A stretch of DNA of 63,686 nt, the filler included, from Octopus bimaculoides (taxonomy: Eukaryota): NCBI RefSeq assembly GCF_001194135.2. It is 9 parts of 7 records of this genome, joined end to end, with 100 filler letters (N's around TTAATTAATTAA, not from the genome) between each part and the next. Parts side by side here need not be neighbours in the genome. Positions count along the whole stretch, not along the records: positions 20,812 to 49,824 come from NC_068985.1; 8 more parts are not named here. One strand, written 5' to 3'. The stretch's first letter is position 1, and every line of letters starts with the position of its first letter. A program made the position numbers and the translations under genes. Below the pieces are notes generated by a model, which saw only the letters and a program-made list of their open reading frames with translations, made no database searches and had not been told where the DNA came from. This document shows, piece after piece, positions 24,251 to 37,500 of this stretch.

Positions 24251-24629
24251 CTGTTACACATGGAGTAGACAAAAAGAAACATTGTAGAATCTTGTTATGT
24301 CTACAAAAATCTAAGGTATGGTGTGTTATTGTTTGTAAGATACACTATAGACTTGTAATTCAGTCAGTTAAATTAATTTTAGTAATCACAGGTATTATTT
24401 ATTCTACAGGTGTGCAATCCCTAAATATCTACAAAAGTCTGATTGGTTTNNNNNNNNNNNNNNNNNNNNNNNNNNNNNNNNNNNNNNNNNNNNNNNNNNN
24501 NNNNNNNNNNNNNNNNNNNNNNNNNNNNNNNNNNNNNNNNNNNNNNNNNNNNNNNNNNNNNNNNNNNNNNNNNNNNNNNNNNNNNNNNNNNNNNNNNNNN
24601 NNNNNNNNNNNNNNNNNNNNNNNNNNNNN

Positions 24630-24662
<33 letters not shown>

Positions 24663-24679
24663 TATATATAAAGGGTAAA

Positions 24680-25020
24680 AAGGTAAAGACCCCCTTTGGT
24701 CATGAATGAACATGGACTGCACCTAAAAAGTTACACTCCAAGTCACAAGTTCGGGCAAGGTTGTTTATAGTAGACCAGAGTTACCCATGCATACCAGCCT
24801 CCCCTCTCCACACCACCGATGTTATGCAAGAGAAAGGTAAAGGCTAATACAGCTTGGTGCCTGTAACATCACAACTCATTTCTGCAACTGAGTGAACTGA
24901 AGAAATGTGAAATAAAGTGTCTTGCGCAAGTGCACAACGCATAGCCCAGTCCAGGAATCAAACTCACTAACTCATGATTGTGAGCCCAGTGCCTCCAACC
25001 ACTGAGCCATGTGCCTTCAC
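24680..25020 (-). mobile_element. CORE-like tRNA SINE
   Basis: Head gtgaaggcacatggctcagtggttgg..; central aagtgtcttgcgcaagtgcac resembles the CORE/MIR domain. Second copy at 44130-44420. Confidence 0.7.
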
Positions 25021-25036
25021 ACATGCGCACGTGCAT

Positions 25037-25080
<44 letters not shown>

Positions 25081-26089
25081 CACACTTGTGGAGACCCTGA
25101 ATGAAGGTGCCTAGCAGAATATTGCAGGTTGCATACACAACTGCACATACTCTATGTAGCAGAAACACATGTCAGTCATTGTAACTAATTATGCTGTATA
25201 ATTAACTGTTAAAATAAAAGTTTGAAGATGTACCAGTCTCCATATTCTTCGTGATTATACACACACACGTATATACATACATGTACATAAGTGTATGTGT
25301 GTGTGTATATACATATATACATATATATATAAAATTATACAAGTATATAATCATGTATACTTGTATAATTATATATACATACACAGAATATATGCATATG
25401 CATACAAGTGTGTACATGTATCCATATGCTCATACTTTGAAGTAATAGTATTTTACTTCAGCCTATATTGAATTGTACAGGAAACAGACAAGTTAATTAT
25501 GTATATCATGTCAAATGAAATAGGAGAGAGAATATAAAATTTCTTAAAGAAACTGAAAGCAGTTTGAAGTTAAGTTTTTTTAATTTATTTAGATAACATT
25601 TATCATGGTTTAAAGAACCAACTATTATAAATGTACTTGGAAATATGACATGAAAAACAGTGATGAAGACAGTGTACATGCATGATAAATGAGGATGTTA
25701 ATGAGAACCAATGAGCATGATAAAGTAACCTATATGCAATAAACTTCAAAATTTCCCTTCACAACTAATATTCTAAGCAACAATTATAAAGACACTTCGA
25801 GTTCTCTGTAAAATTTCAATAAAAAGTATAAAAGATTAAATTTTTTTTTTAAATCATAAGTTAAAAATGATATTTTGAAGATCTAGTTTATGGTAATGTA
25901 GTCTACCATGGTAGTTGCTGATAACCCACAGTGAAGGAACTTTTATAAAAGAGAAACAAGTTATTTATTCTAAGGTATAATGTTTTAAATATCTAAGATA
26001 ATGAAGAAAAAAATTTTTAATTTATTGTTACGAGCCAATAATGGTGACAATAATGTTAGGTTTAATCACTGTTTTTTGTGATTACTCAC

Positions 26090-26156
26090 TCCTCTCATAA
26101 ACCATTTATTTTCATTAATTCCCAACATCGCGTCTCCTGTAGATTTCCAGAAGTAT
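26090..26156 (-). CDS. Exon (YFWKSTGDAMLGINENKWFMRG; phase 2-0)
   Basis: aatttccag|ATACTTC..GAGAGGA|gtgagt. The other two frames contain stops. Confidence 0.7.
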
Positions 26157-27272
26157 CTGGAAATTAACCATGTAATTACATAAAAAAAAATATATATATA
26201 TTACCTCCAACTTATTGGTAAATTTTCATAAAAGCCAGCCTAGGGAATAATGATTGAAGCTAAAAATACTGGTGCGAAAATCAACAGAAACATTAGGAAA
26301 AGAGAATAAAAATTTTATCAGTGCCATTTCCGAACAATTTCAATTCATTTGAATAAAGGGTAGAAACAAAAGATCTGAAAATATCAGAATAGCTTTTACA
26401 CGGAATGGTTTTCATTCTTTCCTCCAAGTTACAAGTAGTATTACAGTACATTATAAAGAACAAATATAATTTGAAGAGAGTTTGCATTCTTGGATTTTTC
26501 TCTTGTTCTTAAACAACTGTATGTGTGTGTAGGGGGTGAGTGTGTGTGTGTACAAGCCTGTGTTTATGAGTTGTGTTTGTTTTTTGTTTTTATTTTAGAA
26601 AGAATGTCATAAGGAGAATATCTGAAAACTAATATTGAATAATTCCAATAAAACCCAATGAAATCTTCCTATTCTATTGATAAATTAAAGAATATACTGA
26701 TGCATAGGACTTACCTTTAGGTCTATATAATGTACAGATACATTTAAAAATGGATATCATAGAGCAGTAGTGATATTGATCAACATGGTGGTGATTATGA
26801 GTTTAAAAAAAACATTACAGTTTTACAAATAAATTCTCTATCATTACTATCACTGTCATTATCAGCATCATGGTCATCATCATCAACATCATTATCATTT
26901 AGTGGTGTGATCATTATGATAATTTATTGGTAGATATGTGGATTACACATGATTACTATTTGAGTGGTTCAGTGATTTACAAATCAAAGTTTAAGTCATG
27001 CTAAGCTTCACTTAATCTTCCTTCCTTCAAGACTGATAAGCTCAGAACCAAGACTTGCAAATATGTGTAATTAAAAGTTAAAAACTATATATATAGCAAA
27101 TGTAACTTGCATATAAGTGTATGGTTTAAGTTTCCCCAACACAAACATCAACATTTTAAATCCAAAATTCAAAATAAATATTCTATAGTAATTGCTTTCT
27201 CAAACCACAATGAATGTACTGTTAGGGAAAGCAGAGATTCTGAATAAAAGTGACAAAGTGTAGAGAATATAC

Positions 27273-27304
27273 TTTAGTCCTGACAGAAAATGTATCCAGT
27301 GCTT
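27273..27304 (-). CDS. Exon (KHWIHFLSGL; phase 0-2)
   Basis: tttcattttattataccag|AAGCAC..CTAAA|gtatat. Confidence 0.6.
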
Positions 27305-27446
27305 CTGGTATAATAAAATGAAACCAGTTCATGCTATAAAGTAGTTGGTGATAGGAAGGGAATGTAACCTATAAAGCCATACCAAAATTATGATGGTCAA
27401 AAATATAATGAAAATCCCCTAGTGAGTTTTCAAGACTAATACTTAC

Positions 27447-27495
27447 CATGTTAGTGCTGTGTACAGTCATGGGTTGGGTAGATGGAAGCATCTGA
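27447..27495 (-). CDS. Exon (QMLPSTQPMTVHSTNM; phase 2-0)
   Basis: ttttatatatatgtag|TCAGATG..AACATG|gtaagt. Only one open frame. Confidence 0.65.
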
Positions 27496-28377
27496 CTACA
27501 TATATATAAAACACTTTGGTGTGAGGAATATACCACTGAACTGAGATTAGTGATTAGTGACATTAGAATAAAAGCTAGATGGGCTAATAGATACAGGATA
27601 AACTGGAAAGCATAGAAAGATCATTCTACTACATAGAAATTCAGAGTTCTAAGTGATGTATATGCTAAGAAAAAGGAAGAGGAAACAGAAACCTATAACA
27701 TAGGGAATAACATAGAGTTTCTACATGATAACTTGCTATGAACCGCCTGTTGAAGCAAAGTTCCAGCCATCTGTCAGATGATATGGGTGGGGATGGGGGA
27801 ATGATATAGTAGGCAACGGTTGATAGAGACAATCAGAAATTGTAAACAGGTTAAGTTAAGAGATAGTCTTGGAAATTTTGGAAGTAAGAGGAGGGCAAGG
27901 AACAATATCAGGTAGCTTGAAGAGATGCTAGACATCAAGTATATGTTTGTTGCTGGATATAAGTAATTGAGGAACCATAAAGAGAAAATAAAATTTAAAA
28001 AAGCCTTATTTCATATTGTTTTACTCCATCTACACATACACATTAACATGCACATGCTTACAAATATGTGACAAATTTCAGTTATGATTTGAGCTTATAA
28101 GCAACAATAAATGAATTAATTAAAATACACCTGGCAGTGTGATTAAGAAATTTGTTTCCCACCTATGTGATTTTGGGTTCAGTTCTTGGTTGTGATTCTG
28201 TTGTTGCTTTATTTATAATCTTTGTTTCTGCATCACATTCACCACAGCAAAGAAAACTACTAGTGCCAGTTCATATCAACTGTAGAATTGTAGAACATCA
28301 AAGTTTATGTCAATAAATTTCCACCAGTATTTAGTGTCTAGAGCTCCTGTTCTATTGCCATCTGTCTATCGGTTTAC

Positions 28378-28446
28378 TGTATAAGATGTTGAACATGTGT
28401 ATCACAGAATTCAGGCTCATACTTAGGTATTAAGTTTCTTTTTGGT
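28378..28446 (-). CDS. Exon (PKRNLIPKYEPEFCDTHVQHLI; phase 2-2)
   Basis: cattttttctccag|ACCAAA..CTTATACA|gtaaac. Confidence 0.65.
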
Positions 28447-28878
28447 CTGGAGAAAAAATGTTTTATATAAAGGCTATAAAATAGATTCAAGTTGTATTTA
28501 TTTTACAATTGGATAACATCTTCAAACTGCTAATATTCACTGTACCAATGTGGTGCATAAGGAACATGGACATGAACATACATTCAGTCAGTATTTTCAG
28601 AAAGAATAATCAGAAATTCAGATTTTAGTGTATTTAAGCATTTGATGTTTATTGAAGTAAATTGATAATCATAACACTACTAATAACATTGGTGATATTT
28701 CAGTAAATAATATTACAGTATTATGAAGATGAATAAGGCAGAAGCAATAAGTTTACAATATTTAACATGTAAAATAAACTTTAAACTCTGTGGAGCTTGA
28801 CTATACAGCTAAGACTTTAAAACCATTGAAAAAAAACAACAACAAAAAAAACATGAAAAAGCCATTTAATTAGGCAAC

Positions 28879-28931
28879 CCAGATTTCTTCAATATATGTA
28901 TATCATTTAAAATGTGATGAGTTATGATCTC
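28879..28931 (-). CDS. Possible alternative 53-nt exon (EIITHHILNDIHILKKS; phase 0-2)
   Basis: Strong acceptor gtcttttttatatcttgtttatctgtag|, but weak donor TGG|gttgcc. Confidence 0.3.
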
Positions 28932-29038
28932 CTACAGATAAACAAGATATAAAAAAGACATTGAATTAAGACTAGGAAACTAAAATACAATTTGGAAACC
29001 AAGATATCTGGTAATGATCCATGTCAGCAACAATTTAC

Positions 29039-29091
29039 TGGTGGGAGTTTTCAGTAAGTTGCTCACATGTGATAAAATCACTTCTTATGTC
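29039..29091 (-). CDS. Exon (DIRSDFITCEQLTENSH; phase 0-2)
   Basis: cccttgttctttgtctgtag|GACATA..CCACCA|gtaaat. Confidence 0.55.
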
Positions 29092-29268
29092 CTACAGACA
29101 AAGAACAAGGGCCTGAAGCATTCGATTCTGTGTCCTGCAATTTTTTTTTTCATATGGTCTGGGATAAGAGAGCAGCACAACTTATATTTATTTTTTCAGG
29201 GCCTCCAAGACTTGTGTGAAGCAAAAATTAAATTATTCTCAAATCAGAACTCTAGTCTGAATGCTTAC

Positions 29269-29312
29269 AAGAGAATGACCATCACTGAAGGTACCAAAGG
29301 ACTTAAGTGGTG
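29269..29312 (-). CDS. Exon (PLKSFGTFSDGHSL; phase 1-0)
   Basis: aatttaacag|CACCAC..TCTCTT|gtaagc. Confidence 0.55.
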
Positions 29313-30852
29313 CTGTTAAATTTGTGATGGATTAAGTCTGCCTCACAAGTACTTAGAATACCAAAACAAAGATGGAGAAAATGTTTCAAGGCATCTTGTG
29401 TGATGCTCTAACCAATTCTGTTAATTTACTGATCTTGCCTGATTCTTATTTTATCAACCCAGCAAAGATGAAAGGTAAAGTTAACTTCCATGGGATTTGA
29501 ATGCAGAGCACTGAGCTGGAACAAATACTACCAAATATTTTGAGCTATGTCCTGATGACTGCTAGTTTGTCATCTCTTGAACTCTCTTTTGAAACTAGAA
29601 TCAACACATTGTGTTTTATACTGTTTTTCTTTAGCCCTGAGTCAATCCTAAATGAGCAAACCCATAAGCAAAGGCATCTAAGATGTGCCTATCTTGTCTT
29701 TCCTGGCATTGCTTATCTCAGACTACGTTATCCAGTATGTCCTTGTAGCTTTTTAAAGGTATATATGTGATTTGATAGAAATTTGGCTGTCATTTTTTTA
29801 GGAAGTCAACTACCTCATAAAGGTCTCCTCATTGGCTCATTGTGTTTTATCTGCATGCTGATTAATCCCCAAAGTTAAAGCTAATTAATGTTATCTGTTC
29901 AAAAGTATTAAAAATCTGAGGACTCAAAACAATTAGACCTCACATTTGGTTTTAAAAAATTTGAATGAAATGAAAAAATAATGGTTTCATGATGAGTTCA
30001 ATGGTTTTATTTTATCTTTAAAAACTTTTTCTTCTAAATTCTTATCATTTAAATAAACTCACAAAATAGCTTATCTCAAGATTTTTCCACCTTCAGTAAA
30101 TCCATCTATGAAATGAGACACTTATAAGTCAGTTGTGAAAACCACATTATAATTTTCCTTTTCCTATACTATATATATATTTTGTCTCAGATTGCTAACT
30201 TATTTTAACATCTTGCATTTACAGTAATCTTAATCATACCTCATTTTCCTCAGATCACTTTGCTAATTTAATCCTTTTCTCTCTAATGTCATAATGGCAC
30301 AATCAATTATCTCAGTTGGACTTACACTTTTCCAATTATGAAATTACATTTGTATGCAAGTACTTTCCATGAAGGGTTGAAGCACTTTAGTGAAATAAAA
30401 TTTTCTACAACATTTTAATTATATTAAAAATACTAAAATAAATTAAATTTATTTGGAAATTTCAAATTTACATTTGCATATGTGTATGTGTGTATATATG
30501 TGTGTAAGCATGTTAATGTATGTAATATAAGGTCGCCAAACAATACCTTACAATTTATTTTTCTCCTATCTTTGTCCTACTATTTTCTTAAAAGTTCTCC
30601 GCGGATACTTTTGAATCAGTAAAACATCAATACAGAAATTAATTTCATACAACTTGAAATTTTATGAATAAATCTTAAATACTACCATGTCAGTTTGGTA
30701 GCATAATTTAACATTTATTCAGGAATAAATAGTCATTCCACTTGACTCTAGAATAAATGATATTTATAATAAATGATAAATCAAATATTTTATTTGAAAT
30801 TAATTTTTTTTTTTCCTTTTTGAATTATTTTTTGAAATTTGTACTTTTACAC

Positions 30853-31047
30853 TTGCTTTTATGACTATTTTGAGTTGTGCTAAAATATTCTCTGGAAAGT
30901 CTCTTGTAAGAATCACCAGTATACTTTTATCATGCTCAATCCAATTGTAATTTCTTTCTTTGGTTTGGAACCTTTGTATTTTTATTCTTTCCATAACAGA
31001 AGGTTTGTGTTGATAGCTCATAAGGAAAAATACAATGGCATTTAATG
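30853..31047 (-). CDS. Tentative exon (LNAIVFFLMSYQHKPSVMERIKIQRF..RNYNWIEHDKSILVILTRDFPENILAQLKIVIKA; phase 1-1)
   Basis: ttcttttaaaatttag| acceptor, 195 nt stop-free, weak donor A|gtgtaa. Phase fits the next exon. Confidence 0.45.
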
Positions 31048-31777
31048 CTAAATTTTAAAAGAATATTAAATTATTAAAAATAATAGAAGAAGAAGAGCAA
31101 AAGTAGGAAGGATTAGTTGAATCCCAACCTTGTATACTCTTTGTTGAAGTGGAGGAGAGTGGGTTTCAATGATATTTGTGTAGTTCATATAAAGCTTCAC
31201 TTACTGAGGTGGGTGGAACACTATATAAGTACAATTTTAGAAATTAATTAATATTTCTGTTATTTGGTGCAAATATAAAGAAGGAAAGAGTATAGTTGCT
31301 GAGCTGAAAAAAAAAAAAGTTTACAATAGCTGGGTGAATAGAAAAAGGATGAAGGGCAACATTTTAGAAACTATTATTAATGATGATGAGACTGATGTCA
31401 TTTTATATTTTGCTGGAAAGCTTTCAACTTGAAACCACACTTTGGTTGTTGCATTGAAGTTCATAAAGACCTACATATATCATACAACTACATTCATTAC
31501 AAAACTCTGAAATTATTTTGCTTTGAAATTGATTTTTATGTATTTGATAGTTTGCTATCAAAATGTGAGTACTGCCATTCCATATAGAATCTAATGGACA
31601 GTACATTTCATGCTACAAAATTTTCCAGTTCTAGCAGAAACAACATTTTCCATGCAGTTTGCTGCTAGTATTTGTTGAAGCGAAAAATTTTAATATGGAA
31701 ATAAAAAGAACAGTATGTATAATGTATTTCTGTACATTATACATACATCAGTATGTTACACAAAATTAATACCTTAC

Positions 31778-31878
31778 CCTAACAATAAGTACAAAGTCAC
31801 CAAAAGAACAGAAAGTAACCCAAAGCTTTCATTATTCAAAGGACCATGGGTTATACATTTGTGTATAAGCAAATGAAA
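31778..31878 (-). CDS. Tentative exon (FHLLIHKCITHGPLNNESFGLLSVLLVTLYLLL; phase 0-2)
   Basis: tttttttttaaag| and AGG|gtaagg. Its junction to downstream exons is unresolved. Confidence 0.4.
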
Positions 31879-34254
31879 CTTTAAAAAAAAACTAGTAATT
31901 TCTATGTAATTTTGATATAATAAATGAATATAATAGTGGAAAAATTTTCACAAATATTCTCAAAGTATCTCAAAGAAAATTTTTGTATTTACTTATTTTT
32001 AATGAAAACAATTGAATAGAGACAGTTGAGAGAGAGTGAGTGGCAAAAAACGTAGGCTGTGTGTGAGAGAGGAAATGATGTAAGGATACAGGGTAAAGAA
32101 AGAAGAGATGGTAAGAGAGATAGAAGAAAGAAAGATGTTTAAACCACTGATAGGAATAGCAATGAAAGACGAAAAGTTATTAAGAAAGAGAAAGGCTAAT
32201 TGAAATAGTGGTAGTAAGCTAAAAAGAAATAGAAAGAAAGAAAGAATGGAATAAGACATTAAAAAATACTGTCATGCAATGTAAGATTTTAAAGAACACT
32301 ATCTTGGAGTGAATTAAAATTAGTTGAAATCTTCAATAATGAAAGATTCTTGAAAATTTTTATGTATTTTTGATAAAAATATACTAAAATTGGAATTTTT
32401 AAGAATATTCGAGACACTGTTGACTTTGATGATTGTTTTCTTTTAGTAAAAGTTACATACTTGAAGCTAATTAATAAGCTGCTTTCTCTATTATAGTGCA
32501 GATAGCAGAATTTTCGGGAATACTATACTTCTGTAACACTGTGAATGCCCATAATGAGAATAATTGTGATGGTGAAAATAGTGCTTACCATCATCATCAT
32601 TATTATTATTATTAATAATTATTGGTGATATTCAAAACTTCACAGTTCTGCTTCAGTTGATCAGAAACATTATCATTGATATATGATTGAAAATAATCCT
32701 TATATGGGATATTGCAATATTGATGGATATTGAGAAGTAAGACCACTATATTGAAATATTTGAAGAGAAAAGTGAGCTGCCAAACTTGAAACTGTAAGAC
32801 ATCACACTTTTCCATCCACACCATCTACATTCATAGCCCTAAATTATATATGTACATAAATAGATATCGTAATAAAATACATTCCCTTGTTTTAATCAGC
32901 AGGTGCACTATGTAATTGCTTTGTGTTTTATTAGCTAGTAGTATTGATCTTCAAGAATCACTTGAGTAAAATAACCTCACTAACCTCAGCTAGCAAGTGT
33001 ATGTCAGTGATGGGGGAAAAAATTAAAAAGAAAGTTTTAGTATAACTACTTAGTTCATTCTAAGTGTGAATAATACAATGATACAAATTCATCATGGCAG
33101 TCAGTCACAGTTGATATTTGTGCCTGAAGCTGGCTGGCAAAGAGGATGTAGCAATTAATTACTAACATATGTAATCAAAAAAGACATGAAAAGGTTATAT
33201 ATTTGAATAGAAATCTTAACCTTAAGTTAGTAAACTATTTGTTGATTATTTTATCGGTTGGATATTGAAAGAAGAAAAAAATGTGTAAAAGTAAAAACAA
33301 AATGCATGTTATTAGATGCTAATATTTATCTTCTGTTTTTTTTCTTTCTTTCACTGTAAAAAGCAAAGATTAAATAAATCTAAAATTCACACATTCAACA
33401 AAATTCTTCTGAATACACTGTGTGTTTTTCAGAAGACAGATATGTCATAATGTCAACAGTTTAAAACAAGCAGCTAGTGCCATAGATAAAGTAAATATCT
33501 TCATATTTACTTTACATGTCAGATTTCTAAGAAAATATATCTAAGCATTCTTTAGGAAGTCCATTGTTCTTGTTTTCGTTCAATTTCTGGTGAACACCTA
33601 ATTTCAATTTACTCAGCAATATATGCAAATAGATTGAAGCTAAAGTGTCCTTCAAAAAAGATAAAATGTTTACATTTGGTGAAATATTTTTCTAGATTTT
33701 TATTCTCTTGTCTTTAGTTGTTAGTGTGATCTAAGAATCTATATGGAGTTGATTTGCTCCTGCTAAGTATTCCACTAATATTTTCCTTAATAAACATCAC
33801 TTAGGTTTTGCAAATATTCAGATCAGCGTTAACAATAGTCAGATAAGAAATACTTTTAGAGTTTAGTGTAGTTGCTCTCAGCTAACAAACCAGAGCAGCA
33901 TTTCATTCATTTCTCTGTGTATGTCAAACATAAGACAGCATAACATTATCTTTATCTATGTAAACTGAATTTAATGGAAATATCTTCTAGTTAGGTGGAC
34001 TGAAGTAAGTGAAGCAAAGTTACATCTCAAGACAAAACATAATATTTATAAACCTTACTCTACATTTTAAGACTTTACATGCAATTTTTTTTTCCCAGAT
34101 AGCATAGCATTTAATGGTTTAGTAATTTCATATGGTTGCGTTGTTGAATTGCTGAAGAGTTTTATGGGCTTGCTGTTCTTTTTAATGCCAAACATTAACT
34201 TGTTTGTAAGAGATGATAACTGTTTTCCAGTTAGGTTGTTTGTATCTTTTATCT

Positions 34255-34640
34255 TTTACTTGTTTCAGTCATTAGACTATGGTCATGCTGTGGCACTACC
34301 TTGAAGAATTTTTAGTAGAATGAATCGACCCCAGTACTTACTTAAATTTTTTAAAGCCTGGTCTTTATTGCATTGATCTCTTTTGATGAACTGTTAAGTT
34401 ATGGGGATGTAAACATACCAACACTGGTTGTCAAGCAGTGACAGGGAACAAACATGGACTCAATGACACACACATATATACGATGGGCTTCTTTCAATTT
34501 CTATCTATCAAATCCACTCACAAAGGTTTAGTCAACCCAAATCTATAGTAGAAGATATTTGCCTGAGGTGCCATGCAGTGGGACTGAACTTGAAGCCTCG
34601 TGGTTGGGAAGCAAGCTTCATACCACACAGCCACACCTGT
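34255..34640 (-). mobile_element. SINE family A (CpG-decayed intronic copy)
   Basis: Homologous to 5485-5842, with CpG to TpG/CpA changes. Confidence 0.8.
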
Positions 34641-35509
34641 ATATTCAAATCTCATTTGAACTGTATTGTTGCCCTAACTTTATATAAATTGTATTTAGCA
34701 TAAATAACACCGTGAACACATACAGACACAGTACAAATACATACAAAAAGGTGCTGTAAAGTTAAATGGTAGCTTGAATTATGGAATTGCTTTAGTTTAT
34801 AGATCAATGTTATAAATGTTAATTTATATGCAGTGAAGATGAAACCTACTTATCAGATTAGATGACTAGTGGAATACTGTACCCAAAAGAAGACAACTCT
34901 GAGCCAGTAGAACAGATAAAACTTGAGTCATGTCTGTCGGTAACGAAATATTTTAATCCACAAAACAATACACACATCATCATCATGATCATCATGATCA
35001 ACACCACTATTTTCATGTTCACTTTTCCTGACAGAATTTGAGTTAGATTTTCTGTGGCTGGATGCCTTTCCTGTCAGCAATCCTCATTTGTTCCAAGCAA
35101 GGAGATACTTCTCCATGGCCACAGAGGATTGGAAATGGTGACATGTATTTATAACTATCACAACTATCATATTGAGAGAGAGAGAGAAAACACACACACA
35201 CACTCACATACAATGGGCTTATTTAAGTTTCTAAAATATTCACACCTAAGGCTTTGATCAGCCTGGGACAATAATAGAAAACACTCACACAATTTGCCGT
35301 ACAGTGGAACTGAACCCAAATCCACCTGGTTGGGAAGCAAATTTCCACAAATTTTCAAGTTGCATGTCACCTTGAATGCAAGATTCTTCTGGATTCCATG
35401 GTAGATTTCCTAGACACAGGTAATGAATCAGTTGAAAATACTTTTACTTCAAAATTTATAGGATGTAGCAAAAAGTTTTGTGTTTTTTCAGATAGGCACA
35501 GGCATAGCT

Positions 35510-35885
35510 GTATGGTAAGCAGCTTGCTTCCCAACCACATGGTTCCAGGTTCAGTTCCACTTTTGGCACCTTGGGCAAGTATCTTCTTCTATAATCTTAG
35601 GCTGACCAAAGCCTTGTGAGTGAATTTGGTAGATGGAAACTGAAAAAATCTTGTCGTATATATACAATGTGTGTGTGTGTTTGTGTCTGTGTTCGTTCCC
35701 CACCACCACTTGACAACTGGTACTGGTGTGCTTATGTTCCCATAACTTAGCGGTTCAGCAAAAAAAAAATGATAGAGTAAGTACAAGACTTTAAAAAAAT
35801 AAGTACTGGGATTGATTCATTTGACTAAAATAATTTCCAAAGTGGTGCCCCAACATGGCCACAGTCTAATGACTGAAACAAGTAA
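35510..35885 (+). mobile_element. SINE family A
   Basis: ggcacaggcatagctgtatggtaag..ccataacttagcggttcagc..gtggtgccccaacatggccacagtctaatgactgaaacaag. Confidence 0.8.
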
Positions 35886-36139
35886 AAGACAAAAGATTAA
35901 AAAAATACTCTAATTGTTGGAGAAGATTCATCTTATAATTGCTTATAAATCCTGTTAGTTAGAAAATTAAAATGGGAAGAATACATTTTTAGGCCAAGTA
36001 TCAAAGTATAAAATGAGACACAATAGCTTGGTAGTTAAAGTGCCGGACTAGTGACTACATGTTCCTAAGTTCAAACATCACTACTGCAACTACTGTGTTG
36101 TTATCCTAAATTATTGTGAAAGACCTGTAGCTTTTATCT

Positions 36140-36470
36140 TTTACTTGTTTTAGTCATTAGGTTGCTGCCATCCTGGAGCACCACATTGAATGATTTATTA
36201 TTAAGTCTGATGCTTAATAATCAGTTTCTTTTGCCAAATCACTAAGTTATGGGACTGTAAACAAACCAACACCCATCACCAAGCAGTGGTAGTGACAAGT
36301 ACAAACACACAGATACACACACACATAGATACACACACACATAGATACACACACACATACATGGTCAGCTTGGGGTTATAGTAGAAAAAACTTGCTTATG
36401 GTGCTGAACAGTGGGAGTGAACCCAAAATGATGTAGCTACGAAGTAAGCTTCTTACCACACAGCCATGCC
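36140..36470 (-). mobile_element. SINE family A
   Basis: Same head, body and tail as the other copies. Confidence 0.7.
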
Positions 36471-37004
36471 TGTACTTTACAAACAACCAATTAGTAGAAT
36501 ATGTAGTCGATAAAAATTGCACCAATTCTATGCAAATGTCCTAATTTGTGTCCCAACAACCACCACTAAATCTTCAAAATAAAAACATCTTAATTAACCT
36601 CCTATGGAAAAGTAAATATAAAAAAAAAAAAATAAATATAACCACACCAAACATTTTCTTCACACTATAATCATAATCTTCAATTATGTTTTTACTTTGT
36701 ATAAATATTATTTACTTCAAATAAATATGCAAAATTTACCCACAAACATCTCATAGTCAACATATTGTCTGTGATAATTACATTTTCCAAGTTGTACGAA
36801 TAACCAATGATATCCTTCCATCAACATGCAGATTTACACTTTCATGACAAAATCTCTAACAGCATAATCTGTCTGGATATTTCCATTAATTCTTAAAGTA
36901 ATGCAAGATTTGTAGAGATTTAAAAAAAAACAAAAATGCTAACTTTTTCAGTATTAAGCTGGTGTTTGGAACACAATTTAAGAGAAAATTTTTATATGAC
37001 TAGG

Positions 37005-37240
37005 TGCAGGCATGGCTATGTGGTAAGAAGCTTGTTTCCCAACCATATGGTTTTGGGTTCAGTCCCACTGCATGACACCTTTGGCAAGTATCTCCTATTA
37101 TAGCCTCAGGCTGACTAAAGCCTTGAGAATGGATTTGATTGATGCAACTGAAAGAAATGTGTCATACATATCTATAAGTGTGTATATATATATGTGTATA
37201 TATATATATATATGTGCTTGTATGTATATATATGTGTGTG

Positions 37241-37283
<43 letters not shown>

Positions 37284-37500
37284 CTGTATATTTGTATATA
37301 TATATGTATATGTGTGCATGTGTTTCTCTTCCACCACCACTTGACAACCAGTGTTGGTGTGTCTATGTCCCCATAACTTAGTAGTTTGGAAAAAGAGACT
37401 GATATAATAAGTACCAAGCTTAAAAAATAATGAAGTCCTGGGGTTGATAAATTTGACTAAAGATTATTCAAGGCAGATCCCAGCATGGCCGCAATCTAGA
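37005..37500 (+). mobile_element. SINE family A with expanded internal (TA/TG)n
   Basis: Head at 37005, microsatellite about 37170-37320, tail to cccagcatggccgc. Confidence 0.75.

Noticed and set aside
24316-24409. Plus-strand GT-AG intron (CTAAG|gtatgg..ttctacag|G) suggesting an antisense transcript
   Set aside because: No start codon or partner exons. The nearby CpGs and ATTGG are explained by the minus-strand exon 24211-24250.
27438-27450. ATACTTACCATG resembling the U1 snRNA 5' end
   Set aside because: It is the reverse complement of a splice donor. No U1 body follows.
30063-30105. Minus-strand segment with good acceptor and gtgagt donor
   Set aside because: Stops in all three frames. 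Cannot be placed in the coding model. A non-coding or poison exon is not excluded.
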